The notes under the pieces were generated by a model. That model made no database searches, was not told the origin of the DNA, and was given only the letters and a program-made list of their open reading frames with translations. The position numbers were made by a program, and so were the translations under genes. Shown here piece after piece: positions 17,843-26,699 of a DNA stretch of 64,000 nucleotides. How positions within the stretch are numbered: the stretch's first letter is position 1; each line of letters opens with the position of its first letter. The DNA comes from Sphingomonadaceae bacterium (GTDB lineage Bacteria > Pseudomonadota > Alphaproteobacteria > Sphingomonadales > Sphingomonadaceae): positions 7,931-71,930 of the forward strand of contig JANYGC010000120.1 in the NCBI GenBank assembly GCA_025359425.1. Reading direction: 5' to 3'.

Positions 17843-19450
17843 ATGGCGGATTGGACCAAGGATATCGATCCCGGAGCCTACGGCCAGTCCAACCGGCGCT
17901 GGGGCGGGATGATTGTCAACCCGGCGGTGTTCGTTCCGACGGCGCTGATCTCGCTGACGGTCATCCTGTACAGCGTGATTGCCCCGCAATCCTCGGCCGA
18001 CTTGTTTGCGGCGATGCGGAGCGGCGTGGTGGCGCATTTCGACTGGTTCTTGATGTCGGTGGGCAACCTGCTGCTGCTGTTTTGCATCGTTGTGGCGCTG
18101 TCTCCGCTCGGCCGGATCCGGCTTGGCGGCAAGGGCGCAACCCCCGATTATTCGCGGTTGTCGTGGTTCTCCATGCTGTTTGGCGCCGGGATGGGGATCG
18201 GCCTGGTGTTCTATGGCGTGGGCGAGCCGGTGACGCATTTCATCGCGTCGCTGGCGGGCGGCGGGGGCGCCCCGCTGGGCGGCGCAGCGGGCGATCCTGC
18301 GGCCGCGCGCAGCCTCGCGATGGCCGCGACGATCTTCGACTGGTCGCTCCACCCATGGGCGATCTTCGCGGTAACTGGCCTCGCATTCGCAGTTTTTGCC
18401 TATGATTTCAATATGCCGCTGTCGATGCGGTCGGCGTTCTATCCCGTGTTCGGCAAGGCGGTGTGGGGCCGGGCCGGCGATTTGATCGAGGTGCTGGCGG
18501 TGCTGGCAACGATTTTCGGGCTCGCCACCTCGCTCGGACTTGGGGCGCAGCAGGCGATGGCCGGGATTACCTATCTTTACGGCGTAGCCAGCTCGCCCGC
18601 CTCGATCCTCGGCCTGATCGCGATCATGGCCGCCATCACCTTTCTGTCGGTTCGCGGCGGGATCGATCGCGGCATCCGCATCTTGAGCGAAGCGAACATG
18701 TGGGTCGCCCTGGCATTGCTGCTGTTTGTGCTGGCGACCGGGCCAGTGCTGCAATTGCTCGGCGATTTTCTGGCTAACATCGTCAACTATTTCAAATTGC
18801 TGCCCGCATTATCCAATCCGGTGGGCCGCACCGACGCCGGGTTTTATGATGACTGGTCGGTTTACTACTGGGCCTGGTGGATCAGCTGGGCACCGTTTGT
18901 CGGCATGTTCATGGCGCGCATTTCGCTGGGCCGGACGGTGCGGGAATTCATCGCCGGGGCGATGATCGCGCCGAGCCTGCTGGGGATCATCTGGCTGACG
19001 ATCTTTGGCGATGCCAGCATCGCCGCGATTTCGGCCGGCCAGGCCCCGGGTCTGACGCAAGCTTCGCTCGAGACGCAGCTGTTCGTGCTGCTGGGCACGC
19101 TGCCCTTTGCGCAAATCACGTCCTTAGTCGCGGTTGCGCTGATCCTGATATTTTTCGTCACCGGCTGGGATTCTGGCACGCTGGTGATTGACACGATGAC
19201 GGCCGGCGGCCGCACCGACACGCCGCTCAGGCAAAAGGTGATCTGGCTGTTCGCGGTTGGCGGGATTGGCGTTGTCCTGTTGCTGAGCGGCGGACTGAAT
19301 TCGCTGCAGGCCGGAGCAATTGCCACGGGGCTTCCGTTGGCGGTGATCCTGCTCGTGATGTGCTGGGGTACGCTCAAGGGATTGTTATCGCTCCACTCGG
19401 CAGATCAAGCTCGGCTGGCTGCCGTGATCAGCGAAGACCCCGATCGATGA
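17843..19450 (+). CDS. BCCT-family (betaine/carnitine/choline) transporter
   Basis: ATG at 17843 (MADWTKDI...), 8 nt after the soxG stop. Multi-TM protein with the BCCT signature-like block YYWAWWISWAPFVGMFMARIS. Confidence 0.85.
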   Translation: MADWTKDIDPGAYGQSNRRWGGMIVNPAVFVPTALISLTVILYSVIAPQSSADLFAAMRSGVVAHFDWFLMSVGNLLLLFCIVVALSPLGRIRLGGKGATPDYSRLSWFSMLFGAGMGIGLVFYGVGEPVTHFIASLAGGGGAPLGGAAGDPAAARSLAMAATIFDWSLHPWAIFAVTGLAFAVFAYDFNMPLSMRSAFYPVFGKAVWGRAGDLIEVLAVLATIFGLATSLGLGAQQAMAGITYLYGVASSPASILGLIAIMAAITFLSVRGGIDRGIRILSEANMWVALALLLFVLATGPVLQLLGDFLANIVNYFKLLPALSNPVGRTDAGFYDDWSVYYWAWWISWAPFVGMFMARISLGRTVREFIAGAMIAPSLLGIIWLTIFGDASIAAISAGQAPGLTQASLETQLFVLLGTLPFAQITSLVAVALILIFFVTGWDSGTLVIDTMTAGGRTDTPLRQKVIWLFAVGGIGVVLLLSGGLNSLQAGAIATGLPLAVILLVMCWGTLKGLLSLHSADQARLAAVISEDPDR

Positions 19451-21120
19451 CTCGGCCAGGCGGTGAGAGCTACGACTACGTGATCGTTGGCGCAGGCTCG
19501 GCCGGCTGCGTCCTCGCCGACCGTCTGAGCGCCGATGGTTCCAATCGTGTCTTGCTACTCGAATTTGGCGGCAGTGACCGGTCGATCTTCATCCAGATGC
19601 CTGCCGCGCTGGCCTATCCGATGAACACCCGGCGATGGAACTGGGGCTACGAAAGCGAACCGGAACCGCACCTCGACAACCGCCGACTGAACTGTCCGCG
19701 CGGCAAGGGGCTGGGCGGCTCCTCCTCGATCAACGGGCTGGTCTATGTCCGCGGCAACGCGCTCGATTTCGAGCGCTGGCAGAACGAGGAGGGCGCGCGC
19801 GGCTGGGGCTATGCGGATGTCTTGCCCTATTTCAAACGCGCCGAGGCCCGGGCCGAGGGCGGCAATGAATATCGCGGCGGCGATGGTCCGCTTTCGACTG
19901 CCTACGGGACGCTGCGCAACCCGCTGCACCAGGCCTGGCTCGATGCCGCGCGGGAGGCGGGCTACAGCCTGACCGAGGATTACAACGGGTTTCGCCAGGA
20001 AGGGTTTGGCCGGATGGACATGACGGTGCGCAACGGCACCCGGTGTTCTGCGGCAAAAGCCTATCTCTATCCGGCGCGCAAGCGCGCGAACCTGCGCGTG
20101 ATCCAGCACGCCTTGGCGACGCGCGTGTTGTTTGAGGGCAAGCGTGCCGTGGGCGTCGAATTCGAGTGCGGCGGACGGCTGCACCAAGTCCGCGCCGAGC
20201 GGGAAGTGATCCTCTCGGGCGGGTCGATCAATTCGGTCCAGCTGCTCAAGCTTTCCGGGATCGGGCCAGCGCAAGAGCTGGCTGAACTTGGGATCCCGGT
20301 GGTGGCCGATCGCCCCGGAGTTGGGGGCAACCTGCAGGATCACCTCGAATTTTATTTCCAGATGGCCTGCACCCAACCGGTGACGCTTTATGGCCAGGCC
20401 AACCTCGTTGGTAAGGCGCTGGCGGGCGCGCAGTGGCTGTTCCTGCGCAGCGGGATCGGTGCAACCAGTCATTTCGAGAGCTGCGGTTTCATCCGCAGCC
20501 GGGCCGGGATCAGGTACCCGGACATCCAGTATCACTTCTTCCCGATGGCGATTAATTACGACGGCAGCGCACTGGCAACCGAACACGGATTCCAGGCCCA
20601 CGTCGGCCCGATGCGTTCCAAGAGCCGCGGTACGGTAACGCTGCGCAGCGCAAACCCGCACGACACGCCCAGGATCCAGTTCAACTACATGAGCCATCCC
20701 GACGACTGGGCCGAGATGCGGGCCTGTGTCCGGTTGACGCGTGAAATCTTCCAGCAGCCAGCTTTTGCCCCCTGGCGCGGGCGCGAAATCAAGCCGGGCG
20801 CGGATTGCACCAGCGACGAGGCGATCGATGCTTTCATCACCGAACACGTCGAGAGCGCCCTTCACCCATCATGCACCTGCAAGATCGGAGACCCAAGCGA
20901 TCCGCTGGCTGTGGTCGATCCCGAACTCAAGGTGATGGGAGTCGAGAGCCTGCGCGTGATCGACAGTTCGGTCATGCCTTCGATCACGACCGGCAACCTC
21001 AACGCGCCGACGATCATGATCGGCGAGAAGGGTGCCGACCTCGTCCTTGGCAAGACGCCACTCGCCGCTTCCAACGCGCCTTTCCATGTCGCGCCCAATT
21101 GGGAAACGTCGCAACGATGA
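19447..21120 (+). CDS. GMC-family oxidoreductase, choline dehydrogenase (BetA)-like
   Basis: ATG at 19447 overlaps the BCCT stop (ATGA). Motifs YDYVIVGAGSAGCVLADRLS and C-terminal HPSCTCKIG. About 557 aa. Confidence 0.85.
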   Translation: MTRPGGESYDYVIVGAGSAGCVLADRLSADGSNRVLLLEFGGSDRSIFIQMPAALAYPMNTRRWNWGYESEPEPHLDNRRLNCPRGKGLGGSSSINGLVYVRGNALDFERWQNEEGARGWGYADVLPYFKRAEARAEGGNEYRGGDGPLSTAYGTLRNPLHQAWLDAAREAGYSLTEDYNGFRQEGFGRMDMTVRNGTRCSAAKAYLYPARKRANLRVIQHALATRVLFEGKRAVGVEFECGGRLHQVRAEREVILSGGSINSVQLLKLSGIGPAQELAELGIPVVADRPGVGGNLQDHLEFYFQMACTQPVTLYGQANLVGKALAGAQWLFLRSGIGATSHFESCGFIRSRAGIRYPDIQYHFFPMAINYDGSALATEHGFQAHVGPMRSKSRGTVTLRSANPHDTPRIQFNYMSHPDDWAEMRACVRLTREIFQQPAFAPWRGREIKPGADCTSDEAIDAFITEHVESALHPSCTCKIGDPSDPLAVVDPELKVMGVESLRVIDSSVMPSITTGNLNAPTIMIGEKGADLVLGKTPLAASNAPFHVAPNWETSQR

Positions 21121-22482
21121 CCCGCGTCGTACACGAACCAGGTCGCACGATCGACGTGATCCGCGAAACCGAAGTCTTGGTGGTGGGCTCGGGGCCGGGC
21201 GGGCTTGCCGCTGCCCTCGCCTCGGCGCGGGCCGGGGCGGAGACGATCTTGCTCGAGCGCTATGGCTGTTTTGGCGGCAATATCACCCAGGTCGGGGTGG
21301 AAGGCTTTGCCTGGTATCGCCACCCGGCCACGATCGACAGCGAAGGCATCGGCCGCGAATTCGAAGAGCGTGCCAAGACCATGGGCGCAGCGATGCCCGA
21401 GCCGCAATCGATCAGCCACAGCCTTGACGCAGAAGGGTTCAAGGTCGTCGCCGACACGCTGGTTGAAGAGGCGGGAGTCATCCCCATGCTCCACCGCCTG
21501 TTCGTCGCCCCGCTGATGGAGGGGGACACGATCGTTGGGGTCATCGTGGAAAGCAAGGCGGGGCGCGAAGCAATCCTGGCCAAGCGGGTGATCGATGCGA
21601 CCGGGGACGCCGATATCGCCCACCGCTGCGGCGCGCCAACGCACAAGCACCCGGTCGGCGAAATGATGTCGGTCTCGGTCATGTTTGCGATGTGCGGGGT
21701 CAACAAGGCGCGCTTTATCGGCGCAGTGAAAGCGGATCCGCAGACCTATGGCGACTGGGGGGCGGGCGGCGAATGGGACGTGACCACCAGCGGCAAGGAA
21801 GATGAGATGTTCTCGCCTTTCCTGCGCAAGCCCTTCAAGGCGGCATTGGCAGCCGGACTGATCCCTGCCGATCTGGCGACCATTGCGGGGACCTTGGGGG
21901 ACCGTTTCCGACTAGGGCGATCTGACTTACCTGAATATGGTGCATCTGTCGCTCGACGGCACTGACCCGGATGCGTTGACCCGCGGCGAGATGACGGGCC
22001 GCAAGCAGGCGATGCACGCAGTAGCAGCCCTCAAGGCGTTCATGCCCGGGTGCGAAGATGCCAAGCTGCGCAATTTCGGCATGACGCTTGGCATCCGCGA
22101 TACGCGCAAGATCGATGCGGTCTATAACCTGACCGGGGACGAGGTGCGCGGTGAAGCCCGGTTCGAGGACAGTATCGGCATCTTCCCCGAATTCATCGAC
22201 GGCTACGGCTATCTTATCTTGCCGACGACCGGGCGCTATTTCCATGTCCCGTACCGTTCGATGCTGCCCTGCGGCGTGAAAAACCTGATCGTCACCGGCC
22301 GCACGATCGGAGGCGACAAGGTGAGCCACGCCGCGGTGCGCAACATGATGTGCTGTGCGGTGGCCGGGCAGGGTGCGGGCGTTGCGGCTGCGATTTCGGT
22401 AAAGTCCGGGCGCGGGTTCGCCGAGCTCGACATCGCAGCAGTGCAACGCGAATTGCTCCGCCAAGGCGCGAGGATCACGTGA
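21117..22482 (+). pseudogene. FAD-dependent oxidoreductase (FAD_oxidored/GR2-like) split into two overlapping reading frames: an apparent frameshift, so either a pseudogene or an assembly error
   Basis: ORF A (21117-21965) carries the N-terminal fold VLVVGSGPGGLAAALASARAG..LLERYGCFGGN. ORF B (open from 21916, ATG at 21937, ends 22482) carries the C-terminal flavin-binding-type block LIVTGRTIGGDKVSHAAVRNMMCCAVAGQGAG. Together about 455 codons. The frames switch between about 21890 and 21937. Confidence 0.65.
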
Positions 22483-22496
22483 CTACGGGGGGAGCC

Positions 22497-23774
22497 ATGG
22501 CCGGATCGCGGGTGAAATGGGTGATGCTGACGCTTGCTGCCCTGACCATCATGGGCAGCTATTACACCTACGACAGCATTGCGCCGGTAACCGGATTGCT
22601 GCGCGATCAGCGGGGCTTTACCCAACTGCAGATCGGGCAGCTCAACGCGGTGTTCAACCTGCCGAACATTGCCTTGGCACTGGTTGGCGGGATCCTGATC
22701 GACCGGATCGGGGCGGCAACGGCAATCCAGATTGCGACCGTGGTCTGCACGATCGGAGCAGTGCTGACTGCCGTGGGTGATCCTTACGAACTGATGCTCG
22801 TCGGGTGCCTCTTGTTCGGACTGGGCAACGAAACCCTCTACATCGCCTTGCTGGTAGGGATTGCGCAGTGGTTCCATCGCGGTGGGAGCGCGTTGGCAAT
22901 CGCACTGTTCTTTGCAATGGCACGGGTCGGATCGTACTCCGCCGATAAATCGACCAGCTGGTTCGCACAGCTCTATGCTTCGGGTTGGCAAGCGCCCTTG
23001 TGGCTGGCTGCCGGGCTGACCGCGGGCGGCTTGGTAACAGCATCGATCTATTTCCTGATCGACCGGCGCTTGGCGCACCTGCGCGTGGCGGGGCAGAAAT
23101 CAGAGGCCTTCCGACTGAAAGATCTGGCCAGGTTCAGCCCTTCATTCTGGTATATCCTGTGGTTGAACGTGCTGTTCGCCAGTGTTTTCTTCCCGTTCCG
23201 TTCGACCTTTTCGATCCAGTATTTCCAGGATGTCAAGAGCATGAACCTGGCCGATGCGGGAACCGCGAACTCCTATGTCTTTGCGGCTGCAATCTTTGCA
23301 ACGCCAGTTGTTGGCTTGATCGCAGACCGGATTGGACGCCGCGCGACCTTGCTCGCGCTCGCGGCTGCCTTGATGCCCCTGACCTTCTTCCTGCTTGCCA
23401 CCACAAATTATGGCCTGTGGATCACCACTGCGCTGATGGGGATCAGTTTTTCGGTCATCCCCGCTCTGATCTGGCCCGCCACGGCAATGCTGGTTGACCG
23501 GCGCCGCGTGGGCACGGCGTTTGGCTTGATCAATATGATCCAGAGCCTCGGGCTCGCCGTTTCGAATTACTTCGCTGGCTGGCTCAACGATCATTTTCAA
23601 GCCGGACCCCAGAACCCGGCGGGCTATAACCCGATGCTGTCAATGTTTGCCGTACTCAGCCTGGTGGCTCTCGGTTCAACGGTGCTGTTGTTGCTGCGCG
23701 AACGCCGGCAGCCATCTGGCGGGATCGAGGCCCGGTTCATCGGCGATGCCGACCCGGCGTTCGTCCGGCCGTGA
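22497..23774 (+). CDS. MFS transporter
   Basis: ATG at 22497 with GGGGGAG upstream. About 425 aa with roughly 12 hydrophobic segments (read by eye) and a DRIGRR-type loop (IADRIGRRATLL). Confidence 0.8.
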   Translation: MAGSRVKWVMLTLAALTIMGSYYTYDSIAPVTGLLRDQRGFTQLQIGQLNAVFNLPNIALALVGGILIDRIGAATAIQIATVVCTIGAVLTAVGDPYELMLVGCLLFGLGNETLYIALLVGIAQWFHRGGSALAIALFFAMARVGSYSADKSTSWFAQLYASGWQAPLWLAAGLTAGGLVTASIYFLIDRRLAHLRVAGQKSEAFRLKDLARFSPSFWYILWLNVLFASVFFPFRSTFSIQYFQDVKSMNLADAGTANSYVFAAAIFATPVVGLIADRIGRRATLLALAAALMPLTFFLLATTNYGLWITTALMGISFSVIPALIWPATAMLVDRRRVGTAFGLINMIQSLGLAVSNYFAGWLNDHFQAGPQNPAGYNPMLSMFAVLSLVALGSTVLLLLRERRQPSGGIEARFIGDADPAFVRP

Positions 23775-23919
23775 TCGCCGTTCCGGCCAAGCCTCCAAGG
23801 GTGCCAGGGCGACTACTCAAAATGGGCCTAGCAGCAACCCGGCACAAGCGTATAGTAGATATTAGGAGTCGGTAATAGTCGGCCGGGACAAGGGCAATTC
23901 TGAACGATCGGGGCATTCC

Positions 23920-24879
23920 ATGAAGCCTGCGCAGGAGTTCGATCTTCACGCAATTCAGGTCTTCATTCTGACTGTCGAACTGGGCGGAATGTCGCAGTGT
24001 GCCGGGCATTTGCAAATCACCCAGTCGGCCGTATCGCAAACCATAGCGCGGCTGGAAGGAAGTATCGGAATGCCGCTATTTGATCGCTCGATGCGTCCGC
24101 TGCGGCTGACGACAAGCGGGCGCTCGATGGTTGAACGCGGCAGGCGGCTGCTCGCGCTGGCACGCAGCACATATGACGATATCCGCGCTGGCGCCAATCT
24201 GCCCTTGAGCAACCTGACGATCGCAATGTCGTTCAGTCTGGCCAATCAGCTCACCGCTGCCATTCTCTCCCGCCTGGGCGACCGGGCCGGGCGGTGGAAC
24301 ATCCGTTCGGGTATTTCGCTTGAGCATCAGGACGAATTTATGGCGCGCGACATCGACATGCTCCTGACCGGCAGCTTCAATCTTGAACACCGGGACAACC
24401 TCGAATTGCACCCGGTGTTCGAGGAATGCTTCGTGATCGTATTGCCGGCGAGTTATAAAAAGCCGCTGCAGATCGACACCGATCCCGGCGAGTTGCCGTT
24501 CATCCGGTTCTCGCGACTGACCGGCATGGGGCAGCAGATCGAACGTCAGATCATGCGGCTCAAGCTTGGCCTGCGCCAGGTGGTGGAAGTGGAATCATCG
24601 CATCAACAGCTGGCTTTGGTAGCGGCTGGTCTGGGCTGGACGATAACCTCGCCAGTGTGCCTGTCCGCATCGCCGGAGTTGCTGCGCAAGACGCGGATCG
24701 AGCCGATGCCGCGCGGCCGGTTTTCGCGCACCGTACAAGTGGTGGCCCGGGCCGGCGAGCTCGGCGCGCTGCCCCAGGAGGTCGCCCGGCTCTGTGCGAG
24801 CGAACTCAAGGCGGTGACGTTCCCACCGCTGATTGCGCAAATGCCTTGGTTGGAGGAGCAGATCACATGGCACGCTTGA
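23920..24879 (+). CDS. LysR-family transcriptional regulator
   Basis: 319 aa. N-terminal wHTH LHAIQVFILTVELGGMSQCAGHLQITQSAVSQTIARLEGSIGMPLFDR. Confidence 0.85.
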   Translation: MKPAQEFDLHAIQVFILTVELGGMSQCAGHLQITQSAVSQTIARLEGSIGMPLFDRSMRPLRLTTSGRSMVERGRRLLALARSTYDDIRAGANLPLSNLTIAMSFSLANQLTAAILSRLGDRAGRWNIRSGISLEHQDEFMARDIDMLLTGSFNLEHRDNLELHPVFEECFVIVLPASYKKPLQIDTDPGELPFIRFSRLTGMGQQIERQIMRLKLGLRQVVEVESSHQQLALVAAGLGWTITSPVCLSASPELLRKTRIEPMPRGRFSRTVQVVARAGELGALPQEVARLCASELKAVTFPPLIAQMPWLEEQITWHA

Positions 24880-26183
24880 CCGCAGCTACCCTGATGGCGT
24901 TCGCCGCATTGCTGGTTGCTGCCAGTCCCGGCGCGCCGCTGCCGCCCAGTGTGCCCGGCATCGATGCACCGCAACTGGCACCGCTTGGTCCGCACGCAGT
25001 AGGGTTTCGCAGCGTGACCCTGGTCCACAAGGCCCAGCCTGATCTGCTCAATGCCGATCCTGCCACCGGGCGCGTCCACCTCCACGACCGTGCGCTGACC
25101 GTCGATATCTGGTACCCGGCCAAGGCCCGGCGCGGCGCGGCTCCGGTGACCTATGCAGGCAGCCTTTACGGGGAGCCTCCCAGACCCCCCGCCAAGTTCA
25201 CCGTGCCCGGTCTTGCAATTCGCGGCGCCGCGCCAGACGGGCAAGGCTACCCCTTGGTGATCTTTTCGCACGGCTACAGCAATGCCCCGGCAGTCATGAC
25301 CTGGCTGACTGAGAATCTGGCCTCAAAAGGCTATGTCGTTGCCGCCATTCATCACGAAGATCCCGACCCCTATATAGTCTCGGCCGACAAGCGGGCTGCG
25401 CCCAACTTCAACCGGCCGGTCGATATTGCCTTCGTTGCGGCCGAATTGCGCCGCGATCTGGGCGCGCTGATCGACCCCGCTGAACTGGCGCTGATCGGGT
25501 ATTCGCAGGGCGGCTACGGAGTCCTTGCCGCTGGTGGTGCCACTCTTGACCCCGATGGTCCGAACATGGGCCAGGTTCCAGGAGGGTGGATGAAACGGCT
25601 AGCGCGCGGTGCTGCGACCGAGGCCGAGGGCAAGGTTCCGGGGGTCAAGGCGATCGTGGCCATCGCCCCGGCCGGCGGCGCGCCGCGCAGTGCATGGGGG
25701 AGCGCAGGCCTGCTCGGCATCACCGCGCCGTTGCTGCTGATCCAGGGCGATGCTGACCTGACCGTCGAGTATAAGACCGGAGCGCTTGCCGATTTTGAGA
25801 ATGCGAAGAACTCGGATCGATATTTGCTGACATTCAGGCAAGCCGGCCACGACATCGGACTCAGCCCCGCACCTGCGCAAATGCGCGGCAACCTGTGGGA
25901 CATAGATTGGTTTCAAGATCCGATCTGGCGGGCCGACCGCGTCAACGCGATCAACCTGCACTTCATAACCGCGTTCCTGGCGGTCCACCTCAAGCATGAT
26001 ACCGGCATGAGCAGTTTCCTCGACCTACCTGTTGAAGATGCCGGCGATGGCGTTTGGAACGCCCCCGACAAAACGCCGTGGAGCGCCTATAGTCCGGGTG
26101 GGAACGGCGTCACTCTGTGGAAGGGCTTCCAGCGCCGTCATGCGCAGGGGCTGACCCTGCGCCATGCGGCTGCAGGACGGTAA
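24867..26183 (+). CDS. Secreted alpha/beta-hydrolase (PAF-acetylhydrolase / dienelactone-hydrolase-like esterase)
   Basis: ATG at 24867 overlaps the LysR end by 13 nt. Signal-peptide-like MARLTAATLMAFAALLVAASPGAP. Nucleophile elbow GYSQGG. About 438 aa. Confidence 0.7.
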   Translation: MARLTAATLMAFAALLVAASPGAPLPPSVPGIDAPQLAPLGPHAVGFRSVTLVHKAQPDLLNADPATGRVHLHDRALTVDIWYPAKARRGAAPVTYAGSLYGEPPRPPAKFTVPGLAIRGAAPDGQGYPLVIFSHGYSNAPAVMTWLTENLASKGYVVAAIHHEDPDPYIVSADKRAAPNFNRPVDIAFVAAELRRDLGALIDPAELALIGYSQGGYGVLAAGGATLDPDGPNMGQVPGGWMKRLARGAATEAEGKVPGVKAIVAIAPAGGAPRSAWGSAGLLGITAPLLLIQGDADLTVEYKTGALADFENAKNSDRYLLTFRQAGHDIGLSPAPAQMRGNLWDIDWFQDPIWRADRVNAINLHFITAFLAVHLKHDTGMSSFLDLPVEDAGDGVWNAPDKTPWSAYSPGGNGVTLWKGFQRRHAQGLTLRHAAAGR

Positions 26184-26186
26184 CAG

Positions 26187-26699
26187 CTAAACCAGCGATT
26201 TTGCCGCGACGGTCCAAAAGTGGATCATGTCGCGAGCATAGCTTAGCGGGACATAGGCCAGGCAGGCGTCATCACTTTCGACATAAAGCCGGACGTTGAC
26301 GTGATCGATCAGCGTTGCGGCGCTGGACCCGGCGGCAAAATCGGCCGATTCAGCATCGAAAACGCCGCCTTCCATCAGCAGGCTGCGCCAGCCGGGCCCG
26401 CCCAGCCGCACTCGCACCACGCCGCCGCCGATCGCCGTCAAGCTGCCATCAGCGCCAAGAATTTCGGCCAAGCCGGCAGGATCGCCCTCGGCCAGCCAGA
26501 CCGTCGGTTCGTAACGGATCAGCCGCATTGCCGACAGTTGCAGAGCTGCACCTAGAACAGGCAAACTGCTACCTAGCGCCGCTTCAAAGCGGTTGGCGAC
26601 GACTGCGGGGTTGCTCCAGATTTCGAACACATGGAGCGGCGCAGCAGGCAAGGCGGTGATCGTTATGTCAGTCACGGTACCGCTCTCCCGCCGTGTCAT
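26187..26699 (-). CDS. soxG: Sarcosine oxidase gamma subunit-like (set 2)
   Basis: Last gene of the minus-strand operon. ATG at 26699 chosen; an alternative GTG at 26675 gives an 8-nt overlap with the soxA2 stop. About 170 aa, the same size as set-1 SoxG. Confidence 0.7.
   Translation of the reverse strand: MTRRESGTVTDITITALPAAPLHVFEIWSNPAVVANRFEAALGSSLPVLGAALQLSAMRLIRYEPTVWLAEGDPAGLAEILGADGSLTAIGGGVVRVRLGGPGWRSLLMEGGVFDAESADFAAGSSAATLIDHVNVRLYVESDDACLAYVPLSYARDMIHFWTVAAKSLV

Noticed and set aside
21913-21915. The in-frame TAG in the alternative reading of the split flavoprotein, considered as a recoded codon (pyrrolysine or programmed read-through).
   Set aside because: No pyl genes or PYLIS-like context are visible, and this is an alphaproteobacterial-type genome. 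A frameshift is needed as well in that reading. A mutation or sequencing error is far more parsimonious.
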